Below, in pieces: positions 1-11,515 of a DNA stretch of 64,000 nt. Source of the stretch: Laetmonice hystrix (taxonomy: Eukaryota); the NCBI GenBank assembly GCA_965235115.1, contig OZ249436.1:43588001-43652000 (forward strand), in the 5' to 3' direction. The notes under the pieces were generated by a model. That model was not told where the DNA came from, ran no database searches, and saw nothing but the letters and a program-made list of their open reading frames with translations. Numbering within the stretch: the first letter of the stretch is position 1; every line of letters begins with the position of its first letter. A program made the position numbers and the translations under genes.

Positions 1-177
1 CAGTCGGATTTGAAAAAAAAAGACTTGACGCGGGGGTTTTTAGGTGACGCGCGCGGGGACAAGAAACGAATCTATTTTTTTTTTTGGCCTAATATGGTCA
101 TCAATGAAGCACTTTGGCAGCAAGGAAAACCAAAATAAGATACTGATGAGGTGGATATTCTGGTTTGCTTTCAGAAT

Positions 178-620
178 GTGTATTCTGGAAAGGTTAAACG
201 ATGAACGTTATCACACCTGTGTATCCTGGAAAGGTTAACGATGAACGTTATCACACCTGTGTATCCTGGAAAGGTTAACGATGAACGTTATCACACCTGT
301 GTATCCTGGAAAGGTTAAAGATAAACTTTATCACACCTGTGTATCCTGGAAAGGTTAACGATGAACGTTATCACACCTGTGTATCCTAGAAAGGTTAACG
401 ATGAACATTATCTCAACTGTGTATTCTAGAAAGGTTAACGATGAATGTTATCACACCTGTGTAACCTGGAAAGGTTAACGATAAACGTTCTCACACCTGT
501 GTATCCTGGAAAGGTTAACGATGAACGTTATCACACCTGTGTATCCTGGAAAGGTTAACGATGAACGTTCTCACACCTGTGTATCCTGGAAAGGTTAACG
601 ATGAACGTTATCACACCTGT
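178..620. repeat. 40-bp minisatellite (GTATCCTGGAAAGGTTAACGATGAACGTTATCACACCTGT), ~11 copies
   Basis: Tandem repeat with period 40 read directly from the sequence. Confidence 0.95.
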
Positions 621-1637
621 TGGCCATGCTGGCAAGATTCAGTCGCATGTTTCACCTCTTATTTATTGCATCAAGCCGCACCTGTGAAATAAGACAGTTA
701 CAAGCTTGCAAACATCCCTTCAGTTTCTGGACCAAATACTGTAGACTTTGACATTTTCATGACTTTTATAATCTTTCCCAGTTTCTTGTTTCCCGATGTG
801 GTAATGACTTTCATGATCGGAATTTCGAAAATTTTACGATTTGCAGTTTTAAAGCTGATGGATTTTAAGCCAGTTCTACTAGTATTGTTTTTTCTAAATG
901 ATATCATAATACATGTAATAAACATCAGATACGAAGAGAGGTATGCGCAATCCCAGCTCGCACATTCTTCACTGTTTTGCTAGTACATTTTGTACAAATC
1001 AAACGGGTCTAAGATATTTGGAGACAGGAAAATCGCCCCCCCCCCCCGTATAGACGGTAAATGCAATTGTTTTCATTTTATATTTAGGTAATATGAATTC
1101 GTATGTGAATGAAAGGTGATGAAAAGATTGTCTTCCCTGTAAATGGTCCGTTATGAATACAGGCCTATTGATTCAATGTATTGAACTAGTCACTTGGTAA
1201 TTTACAGGTGCTCAGTGTAGCGTTCCGAATCCGAGTTGTATCTTGACAGAATACTTGCACCAGAACGGTGCATTTCACCCAGAGGTATCCCAGAGTGCAA
1301 CAGTTAAACAGATCATTGTATATGGGACTTGAAACCCCGCCTTATGACATTAAAATGGTGATTGCTTCAATGTCAAACAGAGGTCAAATCTCTTACTGTG
1401 ATATCAAATCAATAATACAGCAGTGCGCCTTAGGATGTAATGAAAATATCACTATACTCCACATCCAGTTGAGGGGATGGCCTCCTATCAAAGGTTCAGA
1501 TGACTCCAAGAGGGCAGAGTATAATAGGGTAACAACTCGCAGGGCCAGGGCATTCCAGGGGTTTTGATTTTTTGGGGGAAACAATTTTTCCTTCTTTATC
1601 TGCTAGGATGGGGGGGGGGCATAAAGCTTTACCCCTG

Positions 1638-1901
1638 GGCCCGGTTTTTTTGTTTACTTTTCCACCGTGAGCAAGGGTGAGCTGAGCTGAGCAAGGGTGA
1701 GCATGAGCTCATTCTCACCGTTTTTGTGCTCTTTTTGGTTGTTTTTTCCCCATGAAGTGTGCTCATGGCAAGCAAGCTCGCGGAAAAACACCCCAAAAAA
1801 CGAAAACAGTGAGCAAAACGGTGAGAATGAGCTTCTGCTCACCCTTGCTCAGCTCAGCTCACCCTTGCTCACGGTGGAAAAGTAAACAAAAAAACCGGGC
1901 C
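1638..1901. mobile_element. Foldback MITE, PIF/Harbinger-like
   Basis: ~95-bp near-perfect TIRs starting GGCCCGGTTT; 3-bp direct repeat CTG at 1635-1637 and 1902-1904 (CWG target typical of animal Harbingers). Confidence 0.8.
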
Positions 1902-2564
1902 CTGGGCTGGTTGTGGCTCCAGGTGGCCATGGAAGGCTGGCCTAGGTCCGTTTTAATCAGGTCTGGGGCCGTCGGGGCGGATCCCAGTTTTTGGGAAGGG
2001 GGGTTCAGAGAGAGAATGCGGGTCTCGACTGGGATCGTCCTGCAGGGGGGGGCTCTTCCACTCACAGCACGAGGCCCCGGGCAATACAAAGTAAACCACA
2101 CATGGATATTAGAAGTCTCCAAACGTCAACATGGGGGATGTACATGATCACAGTGGTCCCGGTACATCGGGCACATTTTGATGGGGTTTCAATCGTGATA
2201 GGGTGAAAAAAAAACAAAGTACTCAACTGTGCATGTAGTAAAAAATAGTTTTATTTATCCATCGTAGACTTCAAGATAGAGTGATCAGGATAGGTGCACT
2301 TTGAGTATCACAAACTGGTTCTGTCCAACCCCAACGATATCACTTGAACTTATTTAATATGGAACTAGCCTGATTCCCGGCAAATGACTCGTAATAACAG
2401 AGACTTTTGAGTGGCATCTTGGGACTGTTTTTGCCTTGCGAATTACAGCGGCTCGCCGAAAGTCGACCTGTTTACAACCCAACCGTGACGTCACCACTTC
2501 CTATCGCATGCATTCTCGCTCTCGCCCCACGCTGGCTCAGCAGGTCCATCCATACCCCTCAGCC

Positions 2565-3095
2565 TCATTTATTGGCATCTTTAAAACCAACAAATACACT
2601 GGAGTTCTCAGATCTTGATTTCTGCAACTCCTCCTGCCACTGTTTTTGTTTGACAGTTAACTCCTCCAAGGACTGGTTGTCAAGGCCGACAGACTCGAGC
2701 GGGAATAGTACAGGACTGTATGGAGCGTTTCTCATCAGTAAGGCTATGTGGGCCACCCAGTTATCCGGGATCCCATTCGATGGTTTGGGGTTGTTGAAGT
2801 AATACCCTGTGTACTCCTGCATTGTCATGTTGTATGGCTCCAGGGCCTCGGCCTGGAGAAGTACTGGAGGGCACTTGTAGAAACCCTGCACTCTGCCCTT
2901 CTTGAAGTGTTCACCGACATACCGAGGACTGCCCCGTGGGAGAGACATGGACTTCATGACAGCAATCACTTGCTCCCCACGCAGTGAAGAAAACTTGCGA
3001 CACATCACCCGACACGATACGACACAGCCGACCTGACACAGGATGAGTTGAGCTATCCAGTCTACACCATCCTGTATTACAGCTTCTCTTGGACT
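2565..3095 (-). CDS. Gene A coding exon 2 (176 aa, globular-looking C-terminal domain)
   Basis: Open frame from acceptor at 3095 to stop at 2565; phase matches the exon 1 donor. Confidence 0.65.
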   Translation of the reverse strand, partial: SPREAVIQDGVDWIAQLILCQVGCVVSCRVMCRKFSSLRGEQVIAVMKSMSLPRGSPRYVGEHFKKGRVQGFYKCPPVLLQAEALEPYNMTMQEYTGYYFNNPKPSNGIPDNWVAHIALLMRNAPYSPVLFPLESVGLDNQSLEELTVKQKQWQEELQKSRSENSSVFVGFKDANK

Positions 3096-4209
3096 CTTCA
3101 GAAAATAATGGAAAACAGGAATACAGAAATGTTAACTTCCGCGATAGACACAATTTATTACCCTTACAGCAAGTTTGATGAAAACATCAAGGATTTTTCA
3201 CCACTAGAACTTACTAACAATAATATAAAGCATTACAATCTTTCACTCTCCATGTTTATAAAATAAAGTTATAAAACGTGTTAACAAACTATAACTAAGA
3301 AGCATGTTCCCTCTTCAGTTAGATTTAGCCCAGCACAACAGAAATTCTCACCTCTGAACTTGACTTGGCCTCGTTTCTTTTGAACCTTTTTGCACCTGCT
3401 GCAGGGAAAGCACTCTCCCTGTTTGCTGGACTTTGATTAGCGGTATGGCCTGGTAAAGCGCCTCCTCTTTTCCTCAAATTATACAAGTCATCTCCAAGTG
3501 TCGAGTTTGCTGACTTTTGTTGAGTGTGCTTGGCGGTGGCCAAGGCCATCGCTGTCAGATCAGGGTAGCGCCCCCTATATTGTTTCATGTAAACCATTGG
3601 AGAAACATCACTGTGTCTCTCCGATTCATATTCCTTTATAATTTGATCGACAGTTGATGAGAAGAATCCTGTTTTACCTTGCCTATCCTGAGTGTGTAGC
3701 ATTGAACTGTTTATTGGGCATTCAATGCCCTTGTTGGCAGACAGAAGGCTCGCTTGTTGAATCTCTCCTATCTCTTGTTGATTTTCAACTATCTCTCCTG
3801 TCCTCTGCTCATGGGTCTGGCGATCTGATCCCCAGTCCATTGGCACGTCGTCAGAGAGAACACTAGTGAGTGTCGTACTACAGTCCCTGAGAATACCTCG
3901 ACCGGCCACCTGGGGCTGGATCACGACCACAGGAGCATCGTCCCTTGACTCGCTATCACTGACCTCAGGCTCAGGATAAAACTTGTCATACTTACAGGAG
4001 ATATCCTGCGATGGTACCTCATCGTCTGTGAATTTCTCTCCTATAATCTCCTGTAAGTTAACCAGCATAATGTCAGTATCGTCTACGGTTATTCCCAGCA
4101 AGCCTTCTACACAGATTTTAGACTCGTATTTAAGAAACTGAGAGCACAGAGCCGTGATTGACTCGGCTAACATTTTCTTCAATTGTTGCTGTACTAGCTT
4201 GTTTATCAT
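2565..4209 (-). CDS. Gene A: uncharacterised ~462-aa protein with N-terminal 'EGLLGIT.DD' domain; complement(join(2565..3095,3352..4209))
   Basis: 294-aa ORF with phase-0 donor GAG|GTGAGA at 3352/3351. Phase-0 acceptor (pyrimidine tract..AAG|) at 3096/3095 is in frame with ORF 2565..3008. Acceptor CTTTCCAG| at 4237 lies just upstream of the ATG. AATAAA on minus strand near 2250. N-terminus homologous to gene B. Confidence 0.75.
3352..4209 (-). CDS. Gene A coding exon 1 (shared N-terminal domain plus low-complexity linker)
   Basis: Long ORF with flanking splice signals; similarity to 36590-36760. Confidence 0.8.
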
Positions 4210-4799
4210 AGCGCTCTTTCAAGTGGGATCCGATTTCTGGAAAGACAGAACATTGGTTATATTAATAACCTTGCAGTTTATGCATGGTCATGCTTCACCA
4301 ATCCCTCCGAAATAATCCCTCAAACTTCAAATTCATCAAAATGTGAAAGAGAACTTCAGAGATGAATGGGACTGAATGCAAAAGAATCAAACTCTTACAT
4401 GGAGTATTCAAGGACATTTAGCTACGTATTCCTTCCCTGGAATAATCCACCTTTGTAATTTGAAACAAACTTTCAAATTGGTCTACTTCAAGGTGCTATT
4501 TAAAGGTCTAGGCCTATGGTAAAGGTTGTGTTCAGAAAGAACAATATGAGCAAACTGGCATGCACCAGAACCCCTCCCCAACGTAAATATAGGGCTCAAT
4601 AAGAGGGGCCGGAGCTTTCTTTGGAGCTTAGCACTTCTACTGAATGCTCCAGCTAAAAAGCATCTAACTAACCAATAATAGAATGTTCAGCCGTTTAGAA
4701 ATCTACATGGGCCGTAGCCAGGGTGTGTGTGTGTGTGGGGGGGGGGGGGGGGTCGGTGCCAAAGAAACAAATTCATTGGTCATCAATATGGGGTCATTA

Positions 4800-5008
4800 G
4801 GGGCTGACCATTTAAGAAGATTTTATTAATAAATTTCCCAGCTCCAATCTCTTTGGAAAAAACAATTTGGCTGCCCCTGTCATTGGATAGAGGTGCATTG
4901 AAATGCCTAAAAAAATATTCCGGCTCTGAAATTGTGTGAAAAAAATATTCTGTCCAAACTAAATCTTCCTACCCCCCCCCCCCCCATCAAAGTTAAATGG
5001 TCCGCCCC
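4800..5008. mobile_element. Tourist/PIF-Harbinger-like MITE
   Basis: TIR GGGGC(T/G)GACCATTTAA; TTA direct repeats at 4797-4799 and 5009-5011. Confidence 0.7.
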
Positions 5009-6239
5009 TTATGCAAGGATGTCGGTTGTTCACTACATAATTAATCTATATTTCTTTACCCCCCCCCCCCCCCCCCGTGCATCAACCTTTGGCTACAGAT
5101 GGCCGAGGGACCTATAGGCGGGAACAAGGCACCCCTGTACAGATATCCGTCTAAGGGCAACCTCAGTTCTGAGTTTTGGGGAAGGTCAATGATCCAAAGC
5201 CACTGAAGCTATAGGCTAGGCCTAGATCTAGGCCTATAATTTAACTCTTTTGAGTCTTTTTGATAGCCCCCCCCCCTTTCGCCTTTAGATATAGGCCCTA
5301 AGCTAGGCAGAGTCCTATACGGCTAGGCTTCATAGTCAGTTTGAAGTAGTGACTAAGTGAGTAGGCCTATTACCTGGGGCAGGGGAGATTTATTTTGTTC
5401 TGCGTCCATACGTCGGCCACCAAAATCTTCATGCGCCTCTCGTCACATGGCCCTAATGATGTCGTCTGGCCTAAGTCTAAGAGCGGGACCATTCTACGGT
5501 CACCTTAGCCGCAGGCCCCTTGCTCTAGGCTAGGCCTAGCCCCCCCCCCCCAGCCTAGCTAGGTGGCCTACAGTAGGCCTACTAGACCTACTCCCACCTA
5601 TAATAAACTTGTGTAGGCTGCTAGGTGTAGAGCTAGGCCTAATATATACTCAATACTTCCACTAAGAACCAAAGTGGAGTAGGCCTAGTATAATTATGTT
5701 AGTGAGGTATATAATATTGGTCAGGTGTATACCTGTAATGCTGTATGCTGTAACGTTAACTTACGTGGTATAGCCTATATAGGGGGCCTAGTAAATCTAC
5801 ACGTATAATAAATAAATAAATAACATATATAATATAGGCCTAGACCTACTCAACTTTGGCTAAAGTGGAACCTATCCAGCTCGATGTCAGGAAAAATAGG
5901 CCGCCGTCTAGACCGCTATAGGTGCGCATGCGCGAGTGTGCGGATGGTGTTTATGCTCTCCCAGTGTTTTTCTGGAAAAAAATACGATCACCGATCCACA
6001 GGAGGAAAAAAATAGCATAGGAGTAAAATGAAAACCCAGTGACAACGTTTAACCAGTGGAAATCCCAGTTTGGCGCTCCGCGAGGTCTCAACAACAAGGG
6101 GTCCCAACACCCTCTAGGCTGGTTGCTACCCAAGCGGTCGCCGCCATTGCTGTTGCCACCCTCCAAGTTTTCGCGACAACCAACACACCTTCCCTTACGC
6201 CCTACTAGGATGTCAAGCAACAAATAATCACAATAGAGT

Positions 6240-7484
6240 ATGTCACTCAAAACGAAGCTCTCTCCCCTGCGAGACAAGCTTTTGGGAATTGGCAGTGGTG
6301 ACAGAAGTGAGCTACCAACTACTGCAAGTGAGCCCACGAGGAAGGTCAAGGTCACGGATAGAGCAAAGGCCGCAACGGATCTGCCGTCACTGGCGGCTGG
6401 TAAGAAAGGTAGGAGGGGGAAGAAATCCACGGCCACCAAGTCTGCCAGCCAGTCCCTGATCGAAGAAGAGGTAAGAGGTGATGATTCAAGAGACCCCGGT
6501 GATCCAGGTGAGGAACTGTATGAGTGCGAGAGGTGTGGGAAAGACACTACCGGTGTGATCCAGTGTGAGAGGTGTACTAAATGGTGTTGTGGCTCATGCC
6601 AGAATGTACCGTTGGAGATGATGGAAGCGCTTGACATGTGGCCCAACCTACACTGGTTTTGCACAGTATGTGACCCCATCGCGATGGAGGCAGTATGTAC
6701 ATCTAAGACAGGGGGTAAAATCTCACACGTAGGAGCCCTTGAGAAGCGCATGGATAAGATGCTAGAAGGCGTAGCTAGACAGCTGGGGGATATAATCCAG
6801 GAAGGTAAGGATAGCATCAAAGAATCTTGTGCCGTGGCAGCGAAGCAGACGGCAAAAGAGATCATGAAAGAACTCGATAAACCCGCGATAATAATAGACC
6901 CAGAACAAGAGGCAGACACCCCCCCAACTAGCTGGGCCCAAATAGCAGCCAGGAATATCTCAGACCAGACCAAACAGTTGACAAATGTCGTAGTAGATAA
7001 AGTGGACCAACTAATGAAAAGAAATCAGATTGAAGTAAAGGATAAAGAAGTCAGAGAGCAAAATATTATAATCTACAGACTAAAGGAGAGTGAGGAAGAA
7101 AGAGTGGAAGACAGGAGAAAATATGACCATGATCTGATACAACGCCTAACAAATGAAGTGCTTGAACTAACTAACTTGAAAATTACAAACATAGCCCGAC
7201 TGGGCAAAAGGCAAGAAGGCAGGGACAGACCAACTAAAGTTACTATGGAAAGCACCGATGACAAGACTAAAATCATGCAAAGGCTTCACAAACTCCAAGA
7301 TGCTGATAGAATATTTAAGAATATCAGTGTCAGCCATGACCTCACTAGGGAAGAACGGATTGAGGTCAAAAAACTAGTGGACGAGGCTACAGCAAAAAAC
7401 GAAACCGAGGGAGGCCTGTATGTACACAAGGTGAGAGGCCCCCCATGGAACTTGAGGATAGTGAGGATGAAACGCAGAGAGTAG
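6240..7484 (+). CDS. LINE ORF1 protein (PHD finger, coiled coil, RRM-like C-terminal region)
   Basis: CERC..IQCERCTKWCCGSC..HWFCTVC PHD-like pattern; NIIIY..RLGK..RPTKV..SHDLTREER motifs typical of CR1/L2 ORF1. Confidence 0.88.
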   Translation: MSLKTKLSPLRDKLLGIGSGDRSELPTTASEPTRKVKVTDRAKAATDLPSLAAGKKGRRGKKSTATKSASQSLIEEEVRGDDSRDPGDPGEELYECERCGKDTTGVIQCERCTKWCCGSCQNVPLEMMEALDMWPNLHWFCTVCDPIAMEAVCTSKTGGKISHVGALEKRMDKMLEGVARQLGDIIQEGKDSIKESCAVAAKQTAKEIMKELDKPAIIIDPEQEADTPPTSWAQIAARNISDQTKQLTNVVVDKVDQLMKRNQIEVKDKEVREQNIIIYRLKESEEERVEDRRKYDHDLIQRLTNEVLELTNLKITNIARLGKRQEGRDRPTKVTMESTDDKTKIMQRLHKLQDADRIFKNISVSHDLTREERIEVKKLVDEATAKNETEGGLYVHKVRGPPWNLRIVRMKRRE

Positions 7485-10400
7485 CAAACTCTGCAAGCAC
7501 AGGTCAGAGAAAAAAGGACAAATTAACGATATTATACACAAACGCAGACGGTGTCCTAAATAAAAGAGGGGAATTAGCAGTGATGGTGGAGGAGCATCAA
7601 CCAGACATTATTGCACTAACTGAAGTAAAGCCAAAAAACTCCAGATTTGAGCTACAAGCCAATGAAATAGCAATACCAGGATATGACCTGTTCACTAATA
7701 TCAAGGAAAACGACACAAGAGGGGTGGCTATACTAGTAAACCAGAATTTAAAGGCCAGTGAATTAAAATTGTCAAACCACAAGGACACTAAAGAGGCACT
7801 AGGCATCCAGTTAAAAACAATCTCAAATGTGCCCCTAAACGTAATATGCATGTATAGGAGCCCAAACTCACAAGCTGATAACACAGGTAACATAAACAAA
7901 ATGATCAGTAACCTACAGAAGGAGAAATCGGCATTCCAATTGGTACTAGGGGACTTTAATTATCCAGGAATAGACTGGTTAAGTCAAGACACGCCTGTAG
8001 GAAACACAAGGGCTGAGGCAGACTTTATAGAAGCCACAAATGATGCCTTCCTTCAGCAGATGATAAGCTTCCCAACTAGGTACAGGTGTAACCAGGAACC
8101 ACACACCCTAGACCTCGTACTAACCAACGAAGACCAGAGGGTAGGAAACATCAAGCCACTTCAGCCATTAGGAAAAAGCGACCATATATGTATAACCTTC
8201 GATTTCAACATCAATACTGCAGTGCAGGGTCCAAGGAGGGAGTCTTTCCAATACCATAAAGGGAACTATGACGCAATAATCAAGGAGCTTGGGATTGACT
8301 GGATTAGTCTTCTACAAGGGAAACCAGCGGCAGAATGTTGGAACATCTTCAAAAATAGGGTACAGGAGTCAGTGCGAAGGAATATACCGGTCAGCCGTGG
8401 CCCCGACCTCAGGCGTAAGCCGGCTTGGATGACGGGGGCAACTAGACGCCACATAAGAAGGAAAGAAAAATTATGGAAAAGATACCTGGATACAAAACTA
8501 GGTAAAGACTACTTACAATATGCCAAAATAAGAAATCAACTCAAGGGGATGACCAGAAAAGCAAAAAAAAATCTGGAAAAACAAGTCGCCAGACAGGCAA
8601 AGGTAGACCCCAAGAGCTTCTGGAAATATGTGAACAATAAACTAAACACAAGACAAGGCATAGCAGACCTGGAAAATGAAAAGGAAGAAACAATAACAGA
8701 TGGAGTAGGTAAAGCAGAGCTGATGAATGACTTTTTTGCATCAACCTTCACCACTGAAGACACTGAGGTCATACCGAAACTACCCACAATACCTTTCCAT
8801 GAGCCACTAAACAGAGTGCCGGTGACAAAGGAGGAGGTAGAAAAATTATTAAAGGAACTAAATCAATACAAGAGTGCGGGACCGGACGACCTCCACCCCA
8901 GGGTCCTTAAGGAAACCGCTTCAGTGCTGGCAGCACCATTAACCCATATCTTCAATGAATCTTTGAAATCTGGCGAACTACCGGAGGACTGGAGAGTGGC
9001 CAACATAACACCCATCCACAAGAAAGGGTCGAGGAGATTGGCGCAAAACTATCGGCCAGTAAGTCTCACATCAGTATGTTGCAAAATTTTAGAAAAAATA
9101 ATCAGAGCCAGTGTCAATCACCACATGATAAGTAATAACCTATACTCCAAGCACCAACATGGATTTATGTCGGGGCGATCTACCGTAACCCAACTACTAG
9201 AATACCTGGATTTTGTAACCCAATCCATAGACAACAATATGCCGGTCGACGTCATAATGCTCGACTTCATGAAGGCTTTTGACTCAGTGCCACATATGAG
9301 ACTAATATCTAAATTAAGAAGCTACGGTATAAATGGCGAACTCCTCATGTGGCTAAAGACCTTCCTTACAAAGCGAAAACAAAGAACACTAGTGGATGGG
9401 GCAACATCTCAATGGAAGGCCATGAAAAGTGGAATCCCACAGGGCAGTGTGATGGGCCCCGTTCTATTCGCAATCTTCATCAACGATATGCCTCAAATAG
9501 CAGCATCAAATATTAAACTATTCGCAGACGACTCAAAATTGTATGGAAGCGCCAAAACCATAGACCAATGCCAAAGAATACAGCAAGACATCAGGAATCT
9601 GGAAGAATGGGAGAAGAAATGGCAGCTGCGTTTTCACCCAAACAAATGCGTAGTGCTCAGAATATATAAAGGTCAACCCGAATTTATATACAAAATGAGG
9701 TCAGATGACTCACTTATTGAACTCACATTATCAGACGTAGAAAGGGACCTCGGAGTACAAATCGACAAGAACCTCAGTTTTGAAAACCATATCCACCTCA
9801 TTACCAAAAAGCGAATAGCATAACCGGCATGATCTGGAGATCCTTCGATTACCTGGACAAACACACATTTAAATTACTATATAAATCCATCATCAGACCC
9901 ATACTAAAGTCCTGCACCGTAAATTGGGAACTTGGGAGGTCATCCAGTTCAACCCCCACTTGAAACCCCAGAACATGTTATTATATCGTTCTAGGTGATA
10001 ATAGTGTGGGCAGTTAGTCTTAATATTTATGCAAACCCGAATGTTATAAAAATAAATCATTATTTTATAGTTAGAAAGTGTTATTTTAGAGCGCTGCTGC
10101 TCAAAAACCAGTGTACTGGCCGGGTGTCTTGGGCTGGTAGAGCCGTCAACACGTTCGTTGTCATCGCTTGGGCCAGAGACTGGCCGGCGATAACGTCCTC
10201 ATAATCTGCATTGGCTACAATTTTATAGCCTGGGTTCGATCTGTTTGTGCTTTCATTGTCACTTGTGACATCATAGGATAGTTAACTACGTATTTTGATA
10301 CATAATATTACAATGTTTCACTGACAAAAAGACAGTGCGTGCCTCGTTAAAGTCAACTGTGGCTGTGACGTCATAGATAGGACGTGCGACACAGTCGTGA

Positions 10401-11515
10401 CGACTAACGTAGACTGCACTATTTTGCTGTCTAGCTCTCGTTTTATTAAAAGATGGATTAAAATACTACAGAAGCAGAGACTTCGAAGGTCAGTAGAAAG
10501 TCTCAGAAAATTATAGCATTATAATACCTCCGTAAACATCACTGTAGGCCTCTGATCCTACACAGCTTAGATTGGAGCCTGGCTGTCTATTGTGATATTT
10601 AACGTCATTATCAAAGTTTGGGGAACTTTTAAATTTCCAAACAAAGCTCGCTGTATTCAAAACTATAAGGAATCTCGCTAAAAGAAAGATATCTACGGAG
10701 ACCTTACGATGTGGGGAATAATTCTGGGTACTTTTTTGTACAGGTCGTCGCGACAGATTTTGCGTGACAAACGCTCGAATCTCAAAAGGTCATGAGTTTT
10801 GCGACTTTTTGAGAAACTTCTACGTTTTTCAAACACCTCTGTAGAAATTATAACTTAGCAACCTGGTGTAATTTTTATACTGATAAATAGCCTGCAGTCT
10901 CTAGTTTTATTTGCTACCATTCCTTAAGTAATTGACTGAGATTCCGCGTCACGAGAAGGGTTTTGATGCGCCGATGTTGAAAAAACTAAGTTTTTAGTTC
11001 CCAAAACTTGGTGCAGGATTATAGAGTATGCCGCACCTGTATGGACTCCAAGTTTATGGAAATTAATTGAGGAAGTGGAAAACATCCAAAGGCGGGCAAC
11101 CAAAATGATACCAGCACTTAAGGATCTGAGCTATGAAAATAGACTTAAAGAGTTGAACATTCCAACCTTGACATACAGAAGGATACGTGGCGATTTAATA
11201 AATGTTTACAAAATGTTACATGGATTTATGGACACAGACTTACTGACCAACAACCCGAGCACAACAACTCCTGGACTAAGGGGACACAACTACAAGTTAA
11301 ACAAGTCATTAAATAGGACAAATATCAGACAAAACTTTTTCACCCAAAGAGTAGCAAATTGGTGGAACGAACTACCTGATGAAATAGTATCAAAATCCAC
11401 AGTCAACGGTTTTAAGAACGCATTGGACAGGTACCACAAGGACCACCCAGCTAAAATAGACTACAAGTGGGCCGACAAACCGAACCCTACAAGCATGCGC
11501 TACCTTCATCAATAA
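7445..11515 (+). pseudogene. LINE ORF2 (apurinic endonuclease + reverse transcriptase), disrupted by a 1-bp frameshift at ~9806-9810 and an insertion at 9907-11021
   Basis: APE motifs YTNADG, IALTE, GDFN, LDLV, SDH; RT motifs GPDD, NYRPVSL, QHGF, DFMKAFDSV, GIPQGS, FADD. Restoring one A and removing the insert gives ..KKANSITGMIWRSF..IRPILEYAAPVW..ENIQRRATK.. to the stop at 11515. Confidence 0.92.
9907..11021. mobile_element. Non-autonomous Tc1/mariner-type DNA transposon inserted in LINE ORF2
   Basis: Degenerate TIRs (AAGTCCTGCACC..TTGGGAACT / AGTTCCCAA..GGTGCAGGATTA); TA duplication at 9905-9906 and 11022-11023; excision restores codons ATA CTA GAG. Confidence 0.85.

Noticed and set aside
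5951..6973. 340-aa minus-strand ORF
   Set aside because: Antisense shadow of LINE ORF1, with no ATG start or recognisable domain.
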